Positions 10,873 through 22,725 of a stretch of 64,000 nucleotides of DNA are shown in pieces (positions within the stretch are counted from its first letter, which is position 1; every line of letters starts with the position of its first letter). Source of the stretch: Octopus sinensis. Lineage: Eukaryota. The position numbers were made by a program, and so were the translations under genes. Location of the stretch: assembly GCF_006345805.1 (NCBI RefSeq), contig NC_043005.1, positions 5,022,001 through 5,086,000 on the forward strand, written 5' to 3'. Under the pieces are notes generated by a model that did no database searches, was not told the origin of the DNA, and saw only the letters and a program-made list of their open reading frames with translations.

Positions 10873-11507
10873 TCTATATATAAAACTGTAGTTGTGTGAG
10901 TGTCTGTCCCTTCGATTTAGATTCCTAACTACTCCCACATTTGCGGTACAGTTTAACCAAATTCGGGTAGCTTATAGTCGTGATTCATATCGAGCCCGTC
11001 TGAATATTAGCGCGCGTCTACGATGAGTCTACGATTTAAAAAAATATTTAACATCATTTTTATTCCATTTTAATGCATAATTTTTTTCGTGTGTCGATGG
11101 CGGCGGAGTTGGCGTCCACGCTCACACCTGCACCTGTGGGGAAGGGAGTGTAAGAAATCAACGTCGTAATGCGTTGTCAAGGAGACCAGTGTTCTTTTAG
11201 AACAACGACTTCATGGCTTGAAGACACCAAAACAGAAATGGCTAAGAAAGCGTCTAATGAGTCTACGATTTAAAAAAAAAATTTACCATCGTTTTTTTTT
11301 TTCCATTTTAATGCATTTTTTCGCTATTATATAAGGGAAGTAACTCTCTAAAAATGTCTACGATGAGTCAACGATTTTTCAAAAAATTTACCATCATATT
11401 TTTCCATTTTTAATGCATTTTTTGCTATTTTTTGGCTATAACTCTCTAAAAATGCTTATATAGTTATTTCCCTTACAAATCCGAGCAACGCCGGGCGATA
11501 CTGCTAG
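10873..11507 (+). mobile_element. Non-autonomous Helitron-like element
   Basis: 5' TC (A|TCTATATATAAAAC), 3' GC-rich hairpin CCGAGCAACGCCGGG then CTAG|T. Second copy at 29946-30452. Confidence 0.85.
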
Positions 11508-11909
11508 TTGATGTATATTGTTTTGTTCGATTTTGATGTTCCCATTTGTATAATTAATAAATAATGTGAAATTGTAATATCCATAAGTTGATGATCGAAA
11601 TGAATTTTTGTCCATTTTCTTATTTGTTATATATATATATAATTAATTAATAAGGGTGAGAGAATTAGATACTAATTTAATAGTATATCTATTCTACACC
11701 AAGTGGCCCAGTGCTCCGAGAAACCTGGATTATTATAATATTTTATAATATATTATAATATTTTTACAAAATAAATATAAGAGAGTGATATATATATATA
11801 TATATATATGTATTTGTTAACATATATCTATATATAAAATTATTTATATATAGAAGTTATCTACATAGTACTGTTTCATTCAATAGGATCCTGAAGATTC
11901 TCTGATGAT

Positions 11910-11943
<34 letters not shown>

Positions 11944-12324
11944 GTGGCAATCCCAGGGGGATGAATATAACTGTTATAAGAAATATTGCTTCTAGCTGGT
12001 TAAAGACAGAGCTTTTGTTGTTTTGCCGTCATCGTCGTCACCATCATCATCTTCATCACTGTGTTATTACCCTATTACCCCCACCATACTTATTATCATT
12101 ATCACCAATGGGGAGGCTGATTTGCTGGTGTAAAGGTAACATGCTTAGTTGCGTTAACAAAGGGATGTGTGTTCAACTCCCACGCGGATAGGAAAAGTCA
12201 CTGCACAGTGATTGCCGTAAGCTTTAAACTCATATAAAAAATACCATTATTATTATTATTTACAGGATTGTAAACTTGGCGCCGTATAAAAAACCATTTG
12301 CACCAAAAGCACCACACACACACA

Positions 12325-12688
12325 CAATAAGCCTAGTACTGATTCTATCGGGGATGTAAACACACCAGCATTGGTTGTCAAGCGATGTTGAGGGAACAAA
12401 CACAGACACACAAACATATACACACACATACATATATACGATGGGCTTCTTTCAGTTTCCGTCTACCAAATCCACTTACCAGGCTTGCCCAAGGTGCCAC
12501 ACAGTGGGACTAACCCGGAACCATGTGGTTGGTAAACAAGCTACTTACCACATATATTGATTTCAAATTTTGGCACAAGGCCAGCAATTTCGGGGAAAGG
12601 AGTAAGTCGATTACTCTGACCCCAGTACTCAACTGGTACTTATTGTATTGACTCCAAAAGGATGAAAGGCAAAGTCGACTGCAGTAGG
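12325..12688 (-). mobile_element. Adjacent SINE 'C' (12325-12552) and SINE 'A' (12555-12688) fragments
   Basis: Reverse complements match the other in-window copies (GTCGACTTTGCCTTTCATCC core in family A). Confidence 0.75.
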
Positions 12689-12765
12689 TGTCTGGAAAAC
12701 ATCAGCATTGTTGGGCTGAACTAAATGTATGCTGAGAACTACTTTCGTTTGTTTACCGGTACATA

Positions 12766-12989
12766 CACTAATCCCTCGACTATCGCGGGTGTTCTGTTCC
12801 AAGAACGCCCCCCCCCGTGATAGGTGAAAATCCTCGAAGTAAAAACAGTGCTGTATATATATTTTTATTATTTTTTAAATTTGTTTTTATTCAATTTATT
12901 ATAAAAGCAAAACAACACCATGGAGGAATCGATGGAAGCTAAAATAATAAACCACGATAGGTGAACCGCGATATGACGAGGGATTACTG
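12766..12989. mobile_element. pogo/Tigger-like MITE, 224 bp
   Basis: TIRs CACTAATCCCTCGACTATCGCGG and CCGCGATATGACGAGGGATTACTG, flanked by TA on both sides. Confidence 0.85.
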
Positions 12990-14828
12990 TACAAGCATAC
13001 ATACATATATGATTACATATTTGTATGCATACAAATATGTAGATGTGTATATACATACATACATATGTGCGTGCTTGTGTGTGTGTATGATTCTATACAT
13101 TAGGAATACAACAAACCAATTATAAGTTCACTGAGAAACCCGCAACTACCGACGCTATTGTTCACAAACTGCATTGCAAAGCAAAACACAAACATGGTGT
13201 TTTGCCGACTCCCAACTCCACCATCACCAGACGACGACGGCCACCACCACCACCACCATCACCACCGTCATTGACCCCCCCCTCCTCGTATCTTACCCCA
13301 TCCGAAATACCCAATAAATTAAAGTCATACTTCAGAAAATTACGTCGATGTTTATTTTATGCCATTGTCTTTGTCTATAATACGACCCTTAATGTCTTGG
13401 AGAGAGAGAGAGAGAGACAGAGACAGAAAGAAGGAAGTGGGGGACGTTAATGTGAAGTCTGAAGGTTAAGTGCACTCTGTGACCTCTCCTGCTTCAATTT
13501 TGCTGTCAGTTTACTATTCTCATTGCTGTTGTGATTTTAAAGTAATTTACTAGCATTTGTTTGGGGTTTTTTTTGGTATTATTACAATTATTATTATTAT
13601 TATTTTGGTTCATTGCATGCTTATTTTCTGGGGTTTGTTTTTCTTATTTTTTAAGTTATTGAGTTTAAATGGTGGAGATGGTGGTGGTGGTGGCGGTGGC
13701 GGCGGCGGCGACGGTCGTGGATGTAGGGACAAGATAAAAACCTGGAACCTTCTTTCTTTTTCGTCTGACATCATTATTGCAGTAATAATAGTCGTCATCC
13801 TCATCGTCTTCGTCATCATTGTCGTTGTTGTCATTATCATCATCATCGTCGTCATCATCATCATCACCGTGTTATCATTACCCCCTCCGCCCCATTCATA
13901 TTACCAATCATCACCATCAACATTACAAGCAAACGTGTGAGCTTCTTTGCCATGCTAGAAATAACAGCTAGACCTACTTGAAAATTATATGCTGGCAGCT
14001 TAAAAGGGCCAAGCGTACCTTTGATAATGTAATCCTAGATACACGATTCCTGCAAAAAAAGATGGCATGGTTATGGTTGGAAAGCCTTTAATCAGAGGTT
14101 TCCCCCTCTTACAGAGTTGGCCAGCAGCTAAACATCATCACCATCACCATCATCATCAGCATCATCAGCAGCACCAACGACATTATTTGGTTACTTATTG
14201 GTAATTTTCATTATCATTATGATCTTCATCACCACAACCATCCATCCATCTCCTCCTCCTCTTTGTCATTGCTATTATCATTGTGATCATTAGTTATCAT
14301 CATCATCGTCATTGTTTTTGTTGTCATCACTATCATCACTATCACATCAGCAGCAGTAGCAACAGCAGCATCATCGCCATCAACATTGTCATCATCATCA
14401 TCATCACTATCATCATCATCATCATCGTCAACAAGAGCACAATAAGAACATCATCACCAATCAATTAGGACAACAGCAGTAAAATGACATCCACAAATTC
14501 TTTGCTACCACTACCACCATCTACCTCACCTCCACCATGACCACCACTGCTGCTGACACCACAGTAGCACCAACTAACCACGACCACAACCACTAACACT
14601 GTCATCACCACCGATACTAGCACCATGACCACCACCAACAACCACTACCCCACCACCACCACCAACCATCGCCACTATGGCAACTAATGGGAGTTAAGAA
14701 AAAAATACATTTCCACTCAAATGTCAGAACCATTATTTGCTATGTGACACGCAAATGCGAAGTACAGGGTCTACTTTTTTCTTTTTTTGTTTATGGCTGT
14801 CTTTATTTTCTCATTTGCATCCACTCAC

Positions 14829-14873
14829 CATCATACCTGAACATGAATCTCTTCTCACCTCCACACCTTATTC
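14829..14873 (-). CDS. Candidate 45-nt exon (phase 1-1), xIRCGGEKRFMFRYDx
   Basis: Acceptor acatttgtag|, donor |gtgagt. Only one frame is open, and it is in phase with the 5014-5049 and 2256-2312 candidates. Confidence 0.42.
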
Positions 14874-15075
14874 CTACAAATGTCTAGTCATTCACCCTCA
14901 AACAACCAATTCCATTGCTGCTGCCTCCATCACAATGGCAATCATACCATAGAACCCCTTGCTGCCTCAGATGTGAATCCTTCAGTAATGCAGTTTTAAT
15001 CACATCCTGCTCATCTATCTATCTATCTATCTGCCTTCCTCTTTCTCTCTCTCATATCTATGTGTATATATATAT

Positions 15076-15690
15076 ATCATCATCATCATCATCATCGTTT
15101 AACATCCACTTTCCATGCTGGCATGGGTTGGACGGTTCAACTGGGGTCTGGGAAGCCTGAAGGCTGCTTCAGGCCCAGTATGATCTGGCGGTGTTTCTAC
15201 AGCTGGATGCCCTTCCTAATGCCAACCACTCTGTGAGTGTAGTGGGTGCTTTTTATGTGCCACCGACACAGGTGCCAGATGAGGCTGGCGAACGGCCACG
15301 CTTGGATGGTGTTTTTTACGTGCCACTGGCATGGAGGCCAGGTGAGGCTGGCACGGCCACGATCGGATGGTGTTTGTTACATGCCACCAGCACGGAAGCC
15401 AGTCGATGCGGTGCTGGCTACGGCCACGTTCGGATGGTTCTCTTATGTGCCACCGGCACTGGTACCACAAACTACAAATTCCATTGATGTTGATCGATTT
15501 CAATTTTGATTTGATTTTTTGATTCTTTGATTTTCACTTGCCTCAACAGGTCTTCACAAGTAGAGTTATGTGTCCCAGGAAGGAAGGTATGCACAGGTGG
15601 ACTGACTACGTCCCTGGTAGGGGCCACGGGTTTTGGCCTCACTTGTCCTGTCGGGTCTTCTCATGCACAGCATACTTCCAAAGGTCTCGA
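15076..15690 (-). mobile_element. RTE LINE 3' end (young family)
   Basis: Includes the last RT codons (RDLWKYAVHEKT) and the same 3' UTR as 41300-41799. Confidence 0.9.
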
Positions 15691-15919
15691 TACGTACATA
15701 CATATACATACAAGCAAAAATACCCTGTTATTGATGTTGAAATTTCAATGACGGAGCCTTGAATCTAGGTTAGAAGCTGGCTCTTTCTCTATTGGCAAGA
15801 AATCTCAAAATAAAACCGAACAATCACACACACACACACATACAATAGGGGACTTGTATGCATACATATGTGAAGATGTGTGGTTTGATGGTTTGTGTGT
15901 TCTAGTCACGATCGGAAGG

Positions 15920-15960
<41 letters not shown>

Positions 15961-16143
15961 CATTTGACAGTATAAGGATAAGAGCTACAAATAGTTTCTT
16001 AGTGTGAAGATATGTGGCTAGGCAGCTTTTTATAACATGCCTTGTACCTCCAAGTGCTCTTCAGACTCTGAGCACATGGTCTGTTCACTATATATATACC
16101 TGTGCATATGTATATCCACACATAAGATATATATATATATATT

Positions 16144-16663
16144 GAGGTTGATCAACATCAGTGGGAATTGCAGCTGTGGTTAAGCGAACCATCCGATCGT
16201 GGTCATTGCCGGCGCTGCCCTGTCTAGCCTCTGTGTCGGTGGCACGTAAAAGCACCATCTGTTCGTGTCCGTTGCCAGCCTGGCCTGGCCCCCGTGCCGC
16301 TGACACGTAAAAGCACCATCCATTCGTGACCGTTTGCCAGCTCTGTCTGGCCCCCGTGTCGGTGGCACGTAAAAGCACCATCCGTTCGTGTCCGTTGCCA
16401 GCCTCGCCTGGCCCCCGTGCCGGTGACACATAAAAGCACCATCCTTTCGTAGCCGTTTGCCAGCTCTGTCTGGCACCTGTGCGGGTGGCACGTAGAAAGC
16501 ACCCACTACACTCACGGAGTGGTTGGCGTTAGGAAGGGCATCCAGCCGTAGAGACACTGCCAGATCTGACTGGGCCTGATGAAGCCTTCCAGCTTCACAG
16601 ACCCCAGTTGAACCGTCCAACCCATGCTAGCATGGAAAATGGACGCTAAATGATGATGATGAT
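16144..16663 (+). mobile_element. RTE LINE 3' UTR with five ~60-bp internal units
   Basis: GGCACGTAAAAGCACCATCCG units at ~16241, 16303, 16363, 16425 and 16487, then the RTE tail and (GAT)n. Confidence 0.88.
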
Positions 16664-16900
16664 ATATATATATATAAAGTTAATCCAAACACGAAAGCAC
16701 AAAAAAACACAACGCAAGGACGTGGAACAAATATAGTATTATTTGGACGCTCAGGAAACATAGAAGGAAAGATCCAGAGAAGGGAAGACAGAGGAAAAAA
16801 AATTGCCAACGGTACACATGCGATCACATCTTTCACATATATATATATATATATATATTTATATATTATTATTATATATTATTATATATATATATATATA

Positions 16901-16940
<40 letters not shown>

Positions 16941-16943
<3 letters not shown>

Positions 16944-17061
16944 TTGGGATTTTACCAATAGAACCACAACTTCTATTTGAGGATAAACTTATGGTATGGA
17001 ATACACATAGATAGGTTATCCTGAAATAGGAGTTGCAGTTCTATTGGTAAAATCCCAAATT
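16941..17061. repeat. 121-bp hairpin / mini inverted repeat
   Basis: The outer 24 bp AATTTGGGATTTTACCAATAGAAC is the exact reverse complement of 17038-17061; imperfect pairing continues inward. Confidence 0.9.
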
Positions 17062-17165
17062 TGTAATTTATAAATGATACTGTTTACATTGCTTTAGTAA
17101 AGTGTAAAATAGAAAATGGCCTGATAACCTGGAATATTTATTATTCCTAAGATTTTAAAAATATT

Positions 17166-17227
<62 letters not shown>

Positions 17228-17604
17228 AGATAGGATAGATACACACACACATTCACCAACACACATGCACATCTAATTACATATATGTGTACAGGTGTAT
17301 ATATACACCCACCCACCTCCACACACACATATGTCTGTATGGATGTATATACAAATGGTAAACACTAAGAAAAATGACAGACAAATGTAGGAGAAATGGC
17401 AGACTCATACTGAAAAAAAAAGGGACAAAGTAATAAAGGGGGAAAATGATTGAAGGGAACAAATAAACAGCAGTTGAAAGAAAAATTGGAGAAAAATGGT
17501 AGAATTTAAAGAATAAAATGAAGGAAACAGAAAGAGAATTGTCAAAATAAAGAAAAGAAATACGATAAAGATTATGTGATTAAGAAGAATGGTAGAAAGA
17601 GTTT

Positions 17605-18212
17605 CGAAAGATGGTCGGATAAATTTATTCAATTTTTATATTCCTATTTATTTTATTCTGTATTTTTCATCAACAACTTTTTAAGAATCAGTCGATTTTC
17701 CTTCATTCTTCATAACTTCTTGCCAACGTTCCATTAGTTAAGGGATTGGCTTGGATCCTCATAGCAAGTTCGTTCAGTCAACCCTTTTTCAACTAAACAT
17801 GTTGGCCAGAACACCAAGTGTCTCTGAGATGGAATTTTCCATCCTTGAAACATGTAAACCATTTTTGTATAGTGTTTCAGTAACAGTGCCTTCTCCATAC
17901 ACAGCAGAAGTATCTCAAGTGGCTTTGACAGCTCTGGAACCTTGATTTCAAGCAAACAACCAGGTGTCAAAAAATGCCCATTCTTTTCTACTCGGTACTC
18001 CATCATCATATATCTGAAAAGAGGTAAAATTTATTCAAATTTCAAAAACGATAAACAAAAGTTGTAGGGAAAGAACAGAGCTACAAAAAAAAACAAACAT
18101 AAAACATTAACATAAAAATATTTTTTGTATTAATTCAAATAACTTTGGAAATTATTAAAATAAATGCCCCATCACTATTACCAAATGAAATGGATTTATC
18201 TGACAACCAATA
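17605..18212 (-). mobile_element. Internally deleted mariner relic
   Basis: Frameshifted MEYRVEKNGHF..LFA*NQGSRAVKA...AVYGEG N-terminus joined to a LMERWQEVMKNEG C-terminus; degenerate TIR-like ends. Confidence 0.6.
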
Positions 18213-19011
18213 TATAATATAAATATTTTAAATAAGGAAATGATAGGTGAATGATTTCATTGTGAGAATATTTTTGACAAAGCTGTGGTTATTTATTGTA
18301 GATAAAATGTAAATTTATGATTTCCTTCTTGAAGTATTTTCCTAATTTTTTTCTTCCTTTACTGAGAATATTTCCTTTTTTTTCTCTTTTCTTATCAGAT
18401 CATGTCCGCCTCTTGTTAAGTTTATTCTGTTTTTCCTCAGGCTGTGTGTATTATGTTCATATATCTATGTGAGTGTGTGTGTGTGTGTTGGCTTGTGTAG
18501 CGTCTGTGTATTTGTGTGCATGTTTGGTTGTGTGTATCCATTCGTGTTTGTGTGTGTGTTTGGTTGTGCATGTGTTGGTGTTTGTGTGTGTGTGTGTGTA
18601 TTTTTGTTTGTGTATGTGTGCATGTTTGTTCTGTGTGGGATGTGTATGAAGGTGTGTACATGTATATAGCCATATATATCGGGAAGTGGAACTGTTACGG
18701 AAATCAAAGAATAGAGAATTGTGGCAGGACATGATCGCCTGTCCTACATTCCGGACATAGTGCCAAAACAAGAAGAAGGTAGGGCAGCACACCTCTTTCT
18801 GCCCTCTCTTTCCTCTTTTCTGAGTGAAACTAGTAAAAGGGGGGGGGGTGAGTAGGAGCCTATTCTGAGCATGCTTCTGTTGGCTGAGAATGTAGCCAAG
18901 GGGAGAGGGTGCTTGTACATGGTAGTCGGGGCCATTGAGTTTTTGTGGAGTTCCTTCAATAGGCCCCAAGCAGTCAATCCTTCTGTTGGGAACTTTTATT
19001 TTTAGTTAGAT

Positions 19012-19160
19012 ACAGGCATGGCTCTATAGTTAAGAAGGTTGCTTTGCAATCACATGGTTTCAGGTTCAGTCCCAATGTGTAGCACCTCGGACAAATGTCT
19101 TCTACTGTTGCCTAGGGCAGACCAGTATGTTGTGAGTGATGTAAACTATGTGGAAGCCCC

Positions 19161-19231
<71 letters not shown>

Positions 19232-19310
19232 TGTGTACACATGTGCATGTCTGTCTTTGAGTTTGTTTCACTACCTCTTGACCATCGGTGTTGGCTTTTT
19301 TGCATCTCCA
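19012..19310 (+). mobile_element. SINE family 'C' fragment with expanded (TG)n
   Basis: Head GGCATGGCTCTATAGTTAAGAAG...GGTTCAGTCCC followed by a (TG)n spacer. Confidence 0.7.
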
Positions 19311-19772
19311 TTACATAGTAGGTCCTCAAAAGGGACCAGTAGTAGTAGTGATAGTAGCACTGGTGGTAGTATAAAAATATCCACTGTCCCCCAGAGGGTA
19401 GCACTGTACACTTTGAGAAGTGCTGTTCAATCCAGTCACTCATCCTACTAGAAATAGCAACCAAAGTTCTTTCATATCACACACTGTCACATTACAGAAA
19501 GAAGGACGTAAATTCTCCATGTAAGAAAAGAAACCCAGAAGACAACCATGCTGGAGCACCATCGAAAGGAATTTTAATTTATCACATTGATCCAAACTTT
19601 TAATTTCAGTATGATGCTTATTTCCTCAGTAACTATTTATCAAACTGCTAAGTTACATCACTTTTTGACACAAGACCATTTTACAAAACACATACATTCA
19701 AATATATATATATATACACCCCCAAATATGTATATATATGTGTGTGTGTATAATGTCTATATTATATTATAT

Positions 19773-19809
<37 letters not shown>

Positions 19810-19914
19810 CCGGAGTAAACACATAAATGTGAAACAAGGTGGAAAAAAAGAGTACTCAAATACCAGTGGTAGAGTAATATGCCTTATTTAAAGCAGCAGA
19901 AAATTCTACAAAAC

Positions 19915-19952
19915 CTGTTACTCTGAGTTTCGCGTTGCCGTTCATCGGACAG
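19915..19952 (-). ncRNA. Minimal type I hammerhead ribozyme (38 nt) with CCGAUGA core
   Basis: CUGU-CCGAUGA-ACG(GCAA)CGC-GAAA-CUCAGAG-UA|ACAG. Perfect 4-bp stem I, GNRA-capped stem II, near-palindromic stem III. Confidence 0.7.
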
Positions 19953-19965
19953 TTTTTGCTAGAAA

Positions 19966-20555
19966 AGTGTCCTAGCTCTAAACCCTAACCCTATGACTTA
20001 CACTGATTCAAACACCTGGCTTAAAATAGGCAACTGATGACAAATGAATGCTGCTGCATTGGAAATAGATGACCAGTACAACTTCCTGTATGTCGATAAT
20101 GAAGGCTTTTGATTGTGTAAAATTTCTAACTTGTAAAGGTTTGCAACATTTTTATTGGTAATTTTAATCAGTAATTAATGTGATTTTCATAAGTAGCATG
20201 CAAAACTATATTGGCAAAGTTAATTTGGAAAAAAAAGATGGGACCTGCAAATGAAACAACAAGGATCTCAATAACTGTTGTCGTCACAAACATGGCATCT
20301 TATTAGAAACATGAGGTTTAATCCTCCAAACCTCTATAATCAAAATCATTTTGCTATTGAAGCCTAGTTTTAGACAGAAAAATGATGACAAGTGATGCAG
20401 CTATGGAAGTGAGACTTCTGCTATGCTGACAGTAGAGGCTTCCAATTGGTCAAAAATTTCAAACTTCAAAGGTTTGTAACATTTTTATAATTACAAATGT
20501 TCTTCTGCTTTAAATAAAGTATATATACATATATATATATAATACACACACACAC

Positions 20556-20590
<35 letters not shown>

Positions 20591-21719
20591 CAAAGAAAGA
20601 TGTTTTTCATGCTGTTCTTAAGTTTATTTATCTAAAACCCACTCCCAGGCCGTGTGGTTCCATCACTTACTTCAAACTTCCATGTTTCCGCAAATATTGC
20701 TTTAAAACGAGCCTGTACAATCACAATGTTGCCTGTGATATATTTTAGGGCAGGAAATCCTGTTTTATTTCTCACACTAGAGAGTTACAATTAGGGTAGG
20801 TAACAGAATGATAGAGAGTTACTAAACCAGCCATATATTCCCAGTGGGTTCTCACACAACTACTTCCTTTCATGTTGGCTTTGTATATTCATTATAAACA
20901 CTCTGTTGAAAAAGAATAATGTAAACACATAGTTACCATTTATTCTAGTTTACTCATCATTAAAATAGAAATAAAAGTTTAGATTTTTATTGTTATTACA
21001 TTACCTCTCCAGAATTAGATACCCTTGCAAGTCACTGGTCACCATTTCTTTCTGTCTTAAACTCTTTGTTTCCTCTCTATGGCCCCTTCTCCAAGACCTT
21101 ACTTGAAACAATAAAATGCAGACAATACTGCTTATGATAGTATTCAGTCCTTTATCCTTGTGACAATAAATGGATCTTTACTGAATTGTTTACAGTGTCC
21201 TAGCTCTAAACCCTAACCCTACGACTTACACTGATTCAAACACCTGGCTTAAAACAGGCAACTGATGACAAATGAATGCTGCTGCATTGGAAATAGATGA
21301 CCAGTACAACTTCCTGTATGTCGATAATGAAGGCTTTTGATTGTGTAAAATTTCTAACTTGTAATGGTTTGCAACATTTTTATTGATAATTTTAATCAGT
21401 AATTAATGTGATTTTCATAAGTAGCATGCAAAACTATATTGGCAAAGTTAATTTGGAAAAAAAAGATGGGACCTGCAAATGAAACAACAAGGATCTCAAT
21501 AACTGTTGTCATCACAAACATGACATCTTATTAGAAACATGAGGTTTAATCCTCCAAACCTCTATAATCAAAATCATTTTGCTATTGAAGCCTAGTTTTA
21601 GACAGAAAAATGATGACAAGTGATGCAGCTATGGAAGTGAGACTTCTGCTATGCTGACAGTAGAGGCTTCCAATTGGTCAAAAATTTCAAACTTCAAAAG
21701 TTTGTAACATTTTTATAAT
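19966..21719. repeat. Direct duplication of ~526 bp (19966-20491 and 21194-21719)
   Basis: About 7 substitutions counted by eye; offset 1228 bp. More degenerate related units continue to ~22440. Confidence 0.95.
20671..20712 (-). CDS. Candidate 42-nt exon (ARFKAIFAETWKFE or xLVLKQYLRKHGSLx)
   Basis: Acceptor gtgattgtacag|, donor |gtaagt. Two frames are open, so the frame is unresolved. Confidence 0.45.
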
Positions 21720-22658
21720 AGATTTGCATAAAAAAGGAAAAAAACAAACAAATGTGATTTTCACAATTAACATGCAAAACTACACAAAACATAGAGAATT
21801 TGAGAAAACAGCAATAAAGATCCAGACAACTTTTGTCATCAGAAGCATAGGACGTTTTTTGTCAAAAATATAGGATCTTGTCCTTGATTCAAGCAAACCT
21901 CTATGACCAAATACATTTTTAGCAATGATTTGGCTATTATTAAAATTTACATTAAATACGTAAAAGACAAAAATGCTGCTGCTTTGGAAACAGATGACAA
22001 TTACAACTTCTGTTATGTTGATGACGAGGGTTTCCAATTGGCTGAAATTATTAACGATAAAGCTCGGTAATTGCTTTATTATTAATTTGTGTAATGTAAA
22101 CAAATGGATATGATTTTCATAATTAGCTTGTAAAACTATATCAGTCAAGAAAATTTAAATTAACCAGACATTGTGAATGAAAAGAAAAAGATCCTGAATA
22201 AAGAAAAAAGTGAAGAAGAGTGTTGATTGCCAAAATATTATTCAACAAAGAAAACATGATGTGGTCTCTTGATTTGCTAGAAATAGCATCCAAACCACCT
22301 CAAATCACACTCTATCCTACCATGGCAATTCCTACTACCAGCATGTTGAATTTCGTTGCATCTGATTGGTTGAAAATCCCAAAATTTCAGTTTGTAACTT
22401 TTTAGTTATTCATCTCTTCAAAAGATGGTTGTAACTTTTTTTATTAGTATAAGGAAACTAGACTGGGGTAGAAATTTTCAATAGAAAGCAAAGTAGTATT
22501 TCAAACAAAAGTCAATTCTTATCTAATAAAAGAAAATGAAATGTACAATATAAGAGAAGAAAGGATGGTCATGGTTGGAACACCATAAGTTATGTGTAAC
22601 CATTAGTTATTCATACCCACCGGTTATATATATATATATAAGATAAATATTTCAATTA

Positions 22659-22725
22659 ACCTGAAGATTGACTGTAACCATAACTCAAATTATTATGAAT
22701 TGTACAGCCATGAAACGATCGTAGT
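22659..22725 (+). ncRNA. Type I hammerhead ribozyme fold
   Basis: AC-CUGAAGA-[UGACUGUA...UACAGCCA]-GAAA-CGAUCG-UA|GU. Perfect palindrome ACGAUCGU in stem III; stem I only ~2 bp. Confidence 0.55.

Noticed and set aside
16180-16620. Regularly spaced ~60-bp repeats resembling a CRISPR array, and recurring 'MFLQLDALPNANHS' ORFs
   Set aside because: The units are wholly repeated, with no unique spacers and no cas genes. They are the internal minisatellite and antisense frames of the RTE 3' UTR.
18675-18990. 170-aa minus-strand ORF 18457-18969
   Set aside because: Half is (CA)-rich repeat. The plus strand begins with a short RTE-like C-terminal remnant (LLRKSKNRELWQDMIA), and there is no coherent protein.
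19978-19995. CCCTAACCCT telomere-like motifs (also ~21208, 26170, 26345)
   Set aside because: Only 1-2 units inside dispersed repeats, not an interstitial telomere array.
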